From: a virus
Taxonomy: Duplodnaviria; Caudoviricetes
Length of the DNA: 64,000 nt
Strand: one strand, 5' to 3'
IMG/VR virus record: IMGVR_UViG_2657245709_000001
Coordinates: 10,096-74,095 of that record
Part shown: positions 36,309-44,527 of the stretch, piece after piece
Layout of the letters: every line of letters starts with the position of its first letter
How positions within the stretch are numbered: position 1 is the first letter of the stretch
Position numbers and translations under genes: made by a program
The notes under the pieces: model-generated
Database searches by the model: none
The model's input: only the letters and a program-made list of their open reading frames with translations
What the model was told of the DNA's origin: nothing

Positions 36309-38336
36309 TCAGACCAGCGCGGCGATCTTGGGCAGGGTGTAGCCGCGCGCGATGAGGTCAGCGGCTTCGCGGCGGCGGTCGCTCGCGGTGGACACGGACA
36401 CGGAGAGGGCCTCGGCGATCTCGGCGAGTTCGACCGCGTCCGGGAGACCGCCGGCGGTGAGGATCATCCGGGCGACGCGGCGGGTGTCCCGCTCCCGCGG
36501 GGTGAGCCGGGCGGCGTCTTCCGCTTCGACGGCGCGGAGTTCCGTTTCGGCGGCGCGGCGCCGCGCTTCGACCGCGTCGAGACGCTCCGTCTCGGCAGCG
36601 CGCCGGGCTTCAGCGGCGCGCCGCTCAGACACTGCGGCATCCTCGTTGATCTTGGCGGCGCGCAGCCGTTCTTCAGCGGTCCGCGCCTCCGTTCCGACCG
36701 CGCGCCGGTCCGTTTCGGCAGCAGCGGCACGCGCTTCGGCCGCGCACCGTTCCGCGTCGGCGGCGGCCGTCAGACGGCGGCTCCGCTCCTCGGCGGCCTC
36801 CACCGCGGCCTGCTGCGCGGCGGTGACGTCCTGCTCCGTTTCGAGCGCGCGTCGGCGCGTTTCGACAGCGGCCTTGTGGGCTTCGGCGGCGGCCTTCTCG
36901 TTCTGCGCGATCTCCTGCTCGCGGCGCGCGGTTTCGGCCAGGGCGGCGAGGGTCTCCGCGTCGCTGTCGGCGGCGGCGCGGCGGGCTGCCGCCGCTTCGG
37001 CCTCGAGCCGGTCGGCCTCGGCTGTCGCGGCGGCCGCCGCGGCACGGTCCTCGGCGGCCTGCCGCGCGGCGGCGGCGGCGAGCGCCGACTCGGTGGCCTC
37101 CGCTTCCTGGATCGCGACCCGCTCCTCCGCCTCCGCGACCGCGGACGCCTTGGCGTACGCGGCGCGGGAAGCGACCGAAGCGACCGACTTCCGAGCCTCG
37201 GCCCGCTCCTCCGCTTCGGCGACCTCGGCCTGCTTGGCCAGGAGACGGATCCGGGCGTCGGCCGCGCGGATCTGGGCATCGACTGCCTCCTGCTCAGCGG
37301 TCTCCTGCTGCTGCGCCGTCTGGTCTGCCTCGGCCTGGCGGGCCTGCTCCGGGATCGCGAGCGCCTCGGCGACCGTGAGCCCGTAGCGCGCCATCGTGAT
37401 CGGCAGCAGCGCCTCCTTCGGCGCGGACTTCCAGCCGCGCGGGTACCGCTCCCCCTTGGGGTAGAGGCGGTCCAGCTCCGCTCGGTAGATGAGCTGGTCA
37501 CAGCGCCTGTCTACCGCTTCCTGGTAGGAGCTGATGCGCAGCAGGACCATGTCCCGGAACAGCAGGTAGGCGCCGAGCGGGTTCAGGAGCCAGCGCTCGC
37601 GCGGGATGCTTTCCCGCGCCTCCTCACCGGCCTCGATGGCCTCGAGGCGGGTCACCTGCACGATGACCTTCCGCGCGGCCTCGACGGCGATGACGAACAT
37701 CACCGGGATCACCGCGTGCATGCCGACACCGACCGGGTCCGCGGTCAGCGACCGTCCGCCGGACGCCGCGTTGAAGATGATCGTCGCGGCGGTGAAGGCG
37801 TGGGCGGTGAGGCGTACGAGGGGCCAGCGGATCCGGCGGCGGGTGAGGACGAGGTCGAGGGCGTAGAGGACGACGATGCCGACGTCGACGCCGATCGGGA
37901 AGACAGCGGCGAAGTCGCCGAAGCCTCGTTTTTCGGCCATGCGGACGAGGGCCCGGTAGGAGCCGTAGAAGCCGATCCCGGCGAGCCCGAGGCCGCCGAG
38001 GAGTGCGAGGAGGTTGAGGCCGTGGTGGGCTGCCCTCGGAACAGATTCCTGCGCGCTCGGAACGCCCGGGCGCGCGCCCGGAACGGCAACCGGTGCGCTC
38101 GGAACGGCCCGGGTACGCGTCTTCGCACTGCGGGTGCGGCGCTGCGCGAAGGGCAGCCACGGACGGCGCTGGACGTCTGCGCTCGGAACGCCCGGGCGCG
38201 CGCTCGGAATGGTGGGCGGTGCGCTCGGAACGCCCGGGCGCGCGGTCGGAATGGTGGGCGGTGCGCTCGGAACGGCGGCGGGTGTGCCCGGGGCGGGGCG
38301 GCGGCGCCGGGTCACGAAGCGCGGCAGGAGGGGCAT
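36309..38336 (-). CDS. DUF2637/SpdB-like membrane protein with long coiled coil and C-terminal HTH
   Basis: 'GFYGSY.AL', 'FPIGVD.GI', 'MHAVIP', 'IPRERWLLNP'; Ala/Glu/Arg coiled coil; 'IAEALSVSVSTASDRR'. Confidence 0.8.
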   Translation of the reverse strand: MPLLPRFVTRRRRPAPGTPAAVPSAPPTIPTARPGVPSAPPTIPSARPGVPSADVQRRPWLPFAQRRTRSAKTRTRAVPSAPVAVPGARPGVPSAQESVPRAAHHGLNLLALLGGLGLAGIGFYGSYRALVRMAEKRGFGDFAAVFPIGVDVGIVVLYALDLVLTRRRIRWPLVRLTAHAFTAATIIFNAASGGRSLTADPVGVGMHAVIPVMFVIAVEAARKVIVQVTRLEAIEAGEEARESIPRERWLLNPLGAYLLFRDMVLLRISSYQEAVDRRCDQLIYRAELDRLYPKGERYPRGWKSAPKEALLPITMARYGLTVAEALAIPEQARQAEADQTAQQQETAEQEAVDAQIRAADARIRLLAKQAEVAEAEERAEARKSVASVASRAAYAKASAVAEAEERVAIQEAEATESALAAAAARQAAEDRAAAAAATAEADRLEAEAAAARRAAADSDAETLAALAETARREQEIAQNEKAAAEAHKAAVETRRRALETEQDVTAAQQAAVEAAEERSRRLTAAADAERCAAEARAAAAETDRRAVGTEARTAEERLRAAKINEDAAVSERRAAEARRAAETERLDAVEARRRAAETELRAVEAEDAARLTPRERDTRRVARMILTAGGLPDAVELAEIAEALSVSVSTASDRRREAADLIARGYTLPKIAALV
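38034..38274. repeat. 21-bp-period tandem repeat (core GCGCTCGGAA)
   Basis: Cores (two with single mismatches) at 38053, 38074, 38095, 38179, 38200, 38221, 38242, 38263; encodes (V/I)PSA(RPG/PPT) heptads. Confidence 0.85.
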
Positions 38337-38422
38337 CAGCGGGGGCCTTCCAGGAGCGAACCGAGCGGCTTCGGGCGGGCAGACCGACGCCCTCGGAACG
38401 GGGCGTCGGCCGGTGGGGCGGG

Positions 38423-38776
38423 TCAGTAGCGGTCGCCGACGTGGGTCCGGCGCCAACGGGAGCTGCTGACGCAGACCGTGGTGCCGGTGTCGAGCAGGAG
38501 CTGCCAGCACTCGGCGGTGCGGTGCGGTACACGGCGGGTTCCGGCGGGTACCTGGCGGCACGTGCGGACGGTTGTGGTCTTCCGCAGGCGGTGCTTGGTC
38601 TGGGTGGTGCACACGCTGCGGTTGCGGCGTTCGCTGGTCCACGTGGTGTGCGCCGCGGTGTGCGTCTTCTCGACGACCCGGCCGTGCGCCGGGCTGCTGG
38701 AGTGGCCCGGCGTGCAAGCGGTGAGCGCGACGGCGAGCACGACCGCGGCCGCCGCGCCCCGCGCGGCCCTGTTCAT
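38423..38776 (-). CDS. Basic lipoprotein
   Basis: Lipobox LTAC; C-terminal 'CV...W....VGDRY'. Confidence 0.7.
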   Translation of the reverse strand: MNRAARGAAAAVVLAVALTACTPGHSSSPAHGRVVEKTHTAAHTTWTSERRNRSVCTTQTKHRLRKTTTVRTCRQVPAGTRRVPHRTAECWQLLLDTGTTVCVSSSRWRRTHVGDRY

Positions 38777-39147
38777 TCCTGCCCTCCGGAGGGCAGGAAC
38801 TTGGTCGCGGTCGCATGGACCGTCAGCCCGTCGACGACGCTGCGGACATCGACGTAAAGCGAACTGGAGCTGAAGGGCGTCTCCGCGACGGGGGCGCCCC
38901 AGTGCTCCGCCCACTGCCGGACGTCCTCCGGGCTCTCACAGAGGATCTGGATCCAGCTCGAGTCGCCGGGCTTCTCTCGGCTCCCGAAGTGGACGTCGAC
39001 CGAGGAGGGAAGGGGCAGATGAGTGGGGAGCGAGGGGATGAGGGCGCGCGCTCGCTGGCCGAAGCGGAACGCGGCAGCCTCGACCTGGTCGACGCCGTGC
39101 TGGAGCTGCGACTCGATTGCGGCCCATCCGGGTCCGGGGCTGGTCAC
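38773..39147 (-). CDS. Hypothetical protein
   Basis: Coupled ORF. Confidence 0.6.
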   Translation of the reverse strand: MTSPGPGWAAIESQLQHGVDQVEAAAFRFGQRARALIPSLPTHLPLPSSVDVHFGSREKPGDSSWIQILCESPEDVRQWAEHWGAPVAETPFSSSSLYVDVRSVVDGLTVHATATKFLPSGGQE

Positions 39148-39719
39148 AGGTCACCGTCCAGCTCGGCGCGCTGGTCGGCGGCGGCGAGGGTCTCACCGGC
39201 GCGGGCCAGGGCGTTGGAGACGCAGGTGGGGGTGCAGTACCAGCGGTAGACGTCGTCGGTGCCGGCGACCAGGAGCCGGGTCCAGCCGAACATGTCGACG
39301 GGGTCGAAGTCGTGGTCGGTCCCGCAGCCGCGGGTGGGGCAGACGGCGGCGAGGTCGCGGAGCTCCACGTCGAGGAGCGACGCGAGCCGGACCCGCTCCT
39401 CCGGCAGGATCTCGACGTTCACAGCGATGCCGGCGTCGCTGGCGCACCTGATGACGGCCCTTTCTGTGAGCGCGGTCCCGTCCGGGTAGTCGACGCTGCC
39501 CGCCCAGTCGAGGTTGAGGGCGACGGGTGTGGAGGACTGCGCCCACTGGCGCAGATGGAGGACAGCGTCGCCGCGGCCGGGGTCAAGCTCCCAGTCCTGC
39601 GGGAGGCTCTCGATCTGGTTGGCGGCGTCGGAGAGGACGCCGAGCCGAACGGCGCTGCCGAGGATCTTCCGCAGGGCCCGGTGACGGGCGGTGAAGAGGT
39701 GTTCGGGCGTGTGCTTCAC
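39144..39719 (-). CDS. Hypothetical protein with C-terminal Cys cluster
   Basis: GGAG RBS; CPTRGC...YCTPTC. Confidence 0.65.
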   Translation of the reverse strand: MKHTPEHLFTARHRALRKILGSAVRLGVLSDAANQIESLPQDWELDPGRGDAVLHLRQWAQSSTPVALNLDWAGSVDYPDGTALTERAVIRCASDAGIAVNVEILPEERVRLASLLDVELRDLAAVCPTRGCGTDHDFDPVDMFGWTRLLVAGTDDVYRWYCTPTCVSNALARAGETLAAADQRAELDGDL

Positions 39720-39741
39720 GATCTGGTGCTCCCTGTCTGGG

Positions 39742-41106
39742 TCAGCGTCGCCGGAGAGCGAGCTGGAGGGTCGTTTCGTTGTCGGCGTGGGGGTCCAGGA
39801 GCTTCGCGACGGGCGGCAGTTGCTGGGTTGCGTCAGGGGCCGGGCGCGGGGCGGGGAGGGTGGGGCCGGCGTGAGCGTTGCCGCGGGTGACCCATCCGCG
39901 GTCGCGGAGCTTGGCGACGGCCCAGTACTTCGCCGGGTAGATCACGGCGACCTTGACGATGAGCTCGACCGGGGTGGCCCACAGCCACGTGAGCAGCTTG
40001 GTGGTCCAGTGCATGTGCGGCCGGCGGATCATGTACTGGGCGGTCTCGGCGTACCGGATGGCGAGGTAAGAGCCGAAGGCGATGGCCACGTACTCGGGGG
40101 CGGTGTGGAAGAAGACGCCGGACGCGGTCATGGTGAGCAGGACCGGCAGCATGATCCACTGGGTGACGGCGAGGAGGGGGAAGAGGAGCTTCTTCCACTC
40201 CAGGTTGATCACCGCGAACGGCAGAGCCTGCCAGGACGACTTGCCCCAGCGGAGACGCTGTTTGAAGAGGCCGCCCAGACTGTCGGGCATCGCGGAGTGG
40301 ACGACGGCGTCGTTGACGACGACGACGTCTCCCCGCAGCAGCGCATACATGGTGAGGCGGCGGTCGTCGCCGTTGGTGCCGGAGGACACGTAGTCGGCCA
40401 AGTTGTCGAAGACCACGTGGGCCCGGTAGAGGGCCAGAGCGCCGGAGGTGGTCTCCACGGCACCCAGGACGGACCGGGACGAGCGGATCATCAGGCAGGA
40501 CGTGCCGATGTTCAGGTCCGAGATCCGGGTGATCCAGTTGTCGGCGAAGTTCCGGGTCAGGATCAGGCCCGTCGCCGCCATGACGCGCCGCTTCGACATG
40601 GCGCGCATGAGGTGCTCGAGGGCGTCGTCCCCGGGCACGGAGTCGGAGTCGACGGTGAGGATGAAGTCCCAGTCCTGGCGGCGCAGCGTCTGCAGGACGC
40701 CGGCCTGCGCGCAGCGCTTACCGCCGTTGGGTTGCCGGTGCCAGCGGATCTTCGGGTGTGGAAACGGGCGGACCGGGGCCTTTGCGGAGCCGTCGTCCAT
40801 GACGTGGATCTCGGTGACGGGGTAGGTCTGCCGCAGCAGCGCGTCGAGCGCGGCGCGCAGCAGCTCGGGTTCTTCCTCGAAGGCGGGGACGATCGCGACG
40901 ACCCGCCCGGTCGCGATGCGGCGCCGCGACCAGTGCGAGTTGACCTCGAGGGAGGAGATGTAGAAGGTGATGAGCCCTGCGTCGAACAAGTACAGGGCGG
41001 TCAGGAAGTGCCGGTCGCTGTCGCCGATGGCGAGGTGGTAGGTGGCCGCCCAGGCGGCCACCCCCACCGCGCCAAAGACGCAGGCGGCGAGCCTGCTGTA
41101 CCTCAT
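39742..41106 (-). CDS. Processive GT2 glycosyltransferase, hyaluronan synthase/NodC-like
   Basis: DDGS, NGGKR, VDSD, SG.L..YR, GDDRRLT, QRLRW motifs; N- and C-terminal TM helices. Confidence 0.92.
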   Translation of the reverse strand: MRYSRLAACVFGAVGVAAWAATYHLAIGDSDRHFLTALYLFDAGLITFYISSLEVNSHWSRRRIATGRVVAIVPAFEEEPELLRAALDALLRQTYPVTEIHVMDDGSAKAPVRPFPHPKIRWHRQPNGGKRCAQAGVLQTLRRQDWDFILTVDSDSVPGDDALEHLMRAMSKRRVMAATGLILTRNFADNWITRISDLNIGTSCLMIRSSRSVLGAVETTSGALALYRAHVVFDNLADYVSSGTNGDDRRLTMYALLRGDVVVVNDAVVHSAMPDSLGGLFKQRLRWGKSSWQALPFAVINLEWKKLLFPLLAVTQWIMLPVLLTMTASGVFFHTAPEYVAIAFGSYLAIRYAETAQYMIRRPHMHWTTKLLTWLWATPVELIVKVAVIYPAKYWAVAKLRDRGWVTRGNAHAGPTLPAPRPAPDATQQLPPVAKLLDPHADNETTLQLALRRR

Positions 41107-41264
41107 CAGCCCGCGTACCTCTTTCCGCGGTTCGCGGCGCGGTAGATCAACGCACCGCCCACGACGAGCGCGATGATCGCGGCAATGGTCCAGCTGAATG
41201 CCGCGGTGCCTCCGAAGAGCGCGACGGACGCGCCGGTCTTCGCGAGGGTTCCTCTCCCGTACAT
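41106..41264 (-). CDS. 52-aa micropeptide consisting almost entirely of an LAXTG sortase signal (not in ORF track)
   Basis: AGGAG RBS; MYGRGTLAKTGASVALFGGTAAFSWTIAAIIALVVGGALIYRAANRGKRYAG*; TGATG coupling to the GT2 start. Confidence 0.8.
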   Translation of the reverse strand: MYGRGTLAKTGASVALFGGTAAFSWTIAAIIALVVGGALIYRAANRGKRYAG

Positions 41265-41291
41265 GACCTGTTTCTCCTGTGAGTTGGGCGG

Positions 41292-42542
41292 CTAGAGCCG
41301 CTCGATGTGCGGGGCGACGGGCATGACGCCCCGCGTGTCCAGCACGTAGGCCGACCCGTCGGCGACGCGCTGGAGGTCGAACTCGTCGTGCGGTGTGAGC
41401 AGCACGACGGCGTCGTAGTGGCTCAGGTCGTCCGGCACCCGCGAGCCGGTGATCCCCACGTAGTTGGGCATCGGGCTCGGGTCGATGACGGTGACGAGCG
41501 CTCCCTTCGCAGTGAGGCGCCTGATGACCTCGAGCGCCGGGGACTGGCGCATGTCGGCGGTGCCGGGCTTGTAGGCCGCGCCGAGCGCGAGGATCCGGGC
41601 TCCGAACATGCCCAGGTGGTGGCGCTGGTTGATGCCGTCCTGAAGGCGCTGGACCACGTAGTCGGGCTGGACGCTGTTGATGTCCTGGGCGAGCTCGACG
41701 AGGCGGACGGCGTGGCCGTGGCGGGTGCGGGCGTGGTGGGTGAGGTAGACGGGATCAACCGGCAGGCAGTGCCCCCCGACGCCCGGCCCCGGCAGGAACT
41801 TGGCGAACCCGAACGGCTTGGTGCCCGCCAAGTCGAGGGTGCGCCAGACGTCGGCGCCCAGGACGTGCGCGAGCTGGGCGAGTTCGTTGACGAGGGCGAT
41901 GTTGACGTGCCGGAACGTGTTCTCGAAGACCTTCGCGAGCTCGGCTTCCTCGAGGGTCTCGGCGAGGACGGTGCATTGGGTGATCCCGGCGTAGAAACGC
42001 TCGGCCAGGTCGCGGCAGCCGCGGGTGAGTCCGGACACGATCTTCGGGGTGTTCCCGAACGTCCACGCCGGATTGCCGGGGTCGATCCGCTCGGGGCTGA
42101 AGCCGACGTGGAAGTCCTCACCGGCGGTCCATCCGGTGGCCTTCTCCAGGATCGGGACGACGATGTCGCGGGTGGTGCCCGGGTACGTCGTGGACTCCAG
42201 CACGACCAGCGCACCGGCCTGCAGGTGTGCGGCGAGGGTGCGGGTCGCGTTCTCGACGAAGGACAGATCGGGCTGGCCGTTGGCGAGGGGCGTGGGCACG
42301 GTGATGACGGCGACGTCGTAGTCGGCGAGCTCTGCCGGGTGGCGGGTGGGCTCGTAGCGGCCGGTCAGCAGAGCTCCGGCCAGCGCCTGGTCGTCGACGT
42401 CGTCGACGTACGACTTGCCGTTCATGAGGTGGAGCAGTCGCTCCTCGGCGGGTTCGAACCCGATGACGGTGTGGCCGGCGGTGACGGCGGCCATGGCGAG
42501 GGGCAGGCCGACGTAGCCCTGCCCCATCACGGCGATCTTCAC
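41292..42542 (-). CDS. Nucleotide-sugar dehydrogenase (UDP-HexNAc dehydrogenase, WecC/WbpA-like)
   Basis: GQGYVG Rossmann motif, VPTP, ESTTYPGTT, SPERIDPG, K.FENTFR.VNIA, GPGVGGHCLPVDP. Confidence 0.93.
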   Translation of the reverse strand: MKIAVMGQGYVGLPLAMAAVTAGHTVIGFEPAEERLLHLMNGKSYVDDVDDQALAGALLTGRYEPTRHPAELADYDVAVITVPTPLANGQPDLSFVENATRTLAAHLQAGALVVLESTTYPGTTRDIVVPILEKATGWTAGEDFHVGFSPERIDPGNPAWTFGNTPKIVSGLTRGCRDLAERFYAGITQCTVLAETLEEAELAKVFENTFRHVNIALVNELAQLAHVLGADVWRTLDLAGTKPFGFAKFLPGPGVGGHCLPVDPVYLTHHARTRHGHAVRLVELAQDINSVQPDYVVQRLQDGINQRHHLGMFGARILALGAAYKPGTADMRQSPALEVIRRLTAKGALVTVIDPSPMPNYVGITGSRVPDDLSHYDAVVLLTPHDEFDLQRVADGSAYVLDTRGVMPVAPHIERL

Positions 42543-42592
42543 GAGTGGAGGTCCTTCCAGATACCGGAAGCTGGGGTCAGCGGAGGCGGGGC

Positions 42593-42826
42593 CTAGACGT
42601 GTCCGGTCGAGGGCGCCCAGTCGGCGGCGTGCTTCCGGGCGGGGCAGGGGCTGTTCCCCGGGAGAAGCCCCTCGCGGATTCCGGACTCTCCGGTCGTCTC
42701 GCGCTGCTGCTGGGCCGTGCGCGAGTTCCGGAGGTCGGCGGCGCAGCGCGCCAGGAGCTCGGGGGCCGTGGCGCCCAGGTCCTCGACGACGTCGGTGAGG
42801 TCGACGGGTCCCAGGTCGCGGCTCAC
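42593..42826 (-). CDS. Small hypothetical protein
   Basis: GTGA overlap with the upstream gene. Confidence 0.5.
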   Translation of the reverse strand: MSRDLGPVDLTDVVEDLGATAPELLARCAADLRNSRTAQQQRETTGESGIREGLLPGNSPCPARKHAADWAPSTGHV

Positions 42827-43161
42827 TGCGCCACCGCCAGCGTGCGCAGCCGCGCCGCGTACTCGGCGATCGTTCCGTCCACCGGGGGCAGCGCCTGTGT
42901 GACGAGCGGGCCGACGAGGGCTCGGTGGTCGTAGGACACGGCGGGCAGGAGGCTGCCGATGATGCTGGGGGTGAGGGTGGCGAGGTAGCCGCTGGTCATG
43001 CAGGGCTGCCAGGTGCCGCCGAGGGGGTGCTGGCGGGTGGCGAGCTGGGCGAGCCGACCGGCGAGGGCGATGAAGGCGCGGGCGGTGGTGGTGCGGCGCC
43101 AGGTGGAGTCGTCGTGGGGTGCGGGCCCGTTGCCGGTGGTGTGGTCGGTACGGTTGGGCAT
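42823..43161 (-). CDS. Hypothetical protein, first gene of the accessory operon
   Basis: ATG 43161 with AAAGGG RBS. Confidence 0.6.
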   Translation of the reverse strand: MPNRTDHTTGNGPAPHDDSTWRRTTTARAFIALAGRLAQLATRQHPLGGTWQPCMTSGYLATLTPSIIGSLLPAVSYDHRALVGPLVTQALPPVDGTIAEYAARLRTLAVAQ

Positions 43162-43269
43162 GTCTGCCCTTTCGTCGCTGTCAGGGTGGACGCCCCCCGT
43201 CCCAATGGGCATGCAGGCCCGGGTCGGGGGGCTTTGTGCATCAGCAGCCATCGGGCTGCTTCCGCCACT

Positions 43270-43285
43270 GTATGGCATGCCATAC
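43270..43285. promoter_or_regulatory. Perfect 16-bp palindrome, candidate operator between divergent genes
   Basis: GTATGGCATGCCATAC. Confidence 0.6.
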
Positions 43286-43323
43286 GCTTGCGGAAGCGGC
43301 CTGCCCAAATCCCGAAGGAGCAG

Positions 43324-43650
43324 GTGTTGATCGAGGAGGAGGTCCAGCGGGTGGTCGACGCGGTGAACGCAGTGAGGGTCATCGAGGATCCCGAACGCCG
43401 GGGGCGAGCCATCACCCAGCTCCTCAAGGCGCAGTCCGAGGGGGAGCCGGACCTGCGCGAAGAGCGCCGCCGAATCGTGCTCGACTGGCGCGCGGAGGTT
43501 CCGCCCGTGTCTTTCCGTGTGATCGCGACGCGCCTCGGTGTGTCCCTGGGCACGGTGCAGGACATCGTGCGCGGACATTCCGGCCCCTGGGGCAACCGGA
43601 GGAAGCCGAAAAAGGGGGAGGCGGAACCCGAGGCGCCCGAAGGCGCCTGA
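43324..43650 (+). CDS. Small HTH regulator, divergently transcribed
   Basis: GAAGGAG RBS; 'SFRVIATRLGVSLGTVQDI' HTH. Confidence 0.8.
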   Translation: MLIEEEVQRVVDAVNAVRVIEDPERRGRAITQLLKAQSEGEPDLREERRRIVLDWRAEVPPVSFRVIATRLGVSLGTVQDIVRGHSGPWGNRRKPKKGEAEPEAPEGA

Positions 43651-43651
43651 C

Positions 43652-43679
43652 CCCCCGCCGGGTTTGCCGCAGGCGGGGG
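43652..43679 (+). terminator. Hairpin after the HTH gene
   Basis: CCCCCGCC ... GGCGGGGG directly after the stop codon. Confidence 0.5.
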
Positions 43680-43995
43680 ATCCGTGTGGCCTCCCGTGGG
43701 GAGCCGGGAGGCGCGGCGGGTCCTGCCGCCATCAGTGCGGCAGGACCCGACTTGGGGGCTTCACCTGGGGGGCTCAACCACCAGGACCACCATGCACCAC
43801 AAATCGGCCACACCGATAGACGTCGGCCGAAACTAACTCCCCGAGTGCCGGAGGCGGCCCCCCTTCAGCTCGCCGAGCGCGGGCCGACAGCCGACTCCTC
43901 CGTCCCGCCGCCGCGAGGACGTCACCCAGCCGCGCGAAGCGGCCGGGCAGCACCACAAGGTGTTCGGGTGCCCAGGACGTACGGCCGATAGGTAG

Positions 43996-44361
43996 TCAGG
44001 CGTCGGAGGCGGACGGTGAGGTCTCGTCTCCCGAGCGCGACTGGAGATCTTGTGTAAGCACCCATGCCTCGTGCTCCTGGCGGGCGTAGCTGCGGGGGTG
44101 GTCCGTCCAGCGGAGGTCCCCGGCCGGGATGGGCCCGCGGCTGGTGCCGTGGGCCAGGTCGTGAGCGAGGAGCGCGCGGGCGTACGTGTCGGCGTCGACG
44201 AGCTGCTGTGCGGCCTCGTCGGGATCGAGTGGGCTGTCCGCCAGGCGGTCGATGACGGCGGCGCGGCGGACCAGGAACTCGCGGGTGCGGTCTTCGCCGT
44301 CCGGCTCGGCAGAGGCGAGGTGGAGGCGCTGTACCTCGTAGATCTCGGATAGCAGGTCCAT
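43996..44361 (-). CDS. Hypothetical protein of Streptomyces mobile-element type
   Basis: 'RRAAVIDR', 'RGPIP....W...PRSYARQE..AW'. Confidence 0.65.
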   Translation of the reverse strand: MDLLSEIYEVQRLHLASAEPDGEDRTREFLVRRAAVIDRLADSPLDPDEAAQQLVDADTYARALLAHDLAHGTSRGPIPAGDLRWTDHPRSYARQEHEAWVLTQDLQSRSGDETSPSASDA

Positions 44362-44527
44362 GCTGTCACTGTCGCCGTGACGTGGACCCGGCGGGGCGGG
44401 GTCCTTCCGCCTTGTCTGAATTGGGGTGGCGGGTGGCCTGTTGCGGTAGATGGCGGGGTTCTTCGTCACCCAGCCCGGGCCGCGGTCACCGTTCTCGAGG
44501 GGATGCTCGGCATCTGCTCGTAGCGGG

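Noticed and set aside
38034-38274. Possible CRISPR array
   Set aside because: The period is only 21 bp, the 'spacers' are themselves repeated, the repeats are in frame in a CDS, and no cas genes are present.
39742-42542. Glycosylation of phage DNA or virion as the role of the GT2
   Set aside because: The enzyme is a multi-TM processive synthase type (QxxRW), which fits export of a surface polymer better than DNA or capsid modification; not strictly excluded.
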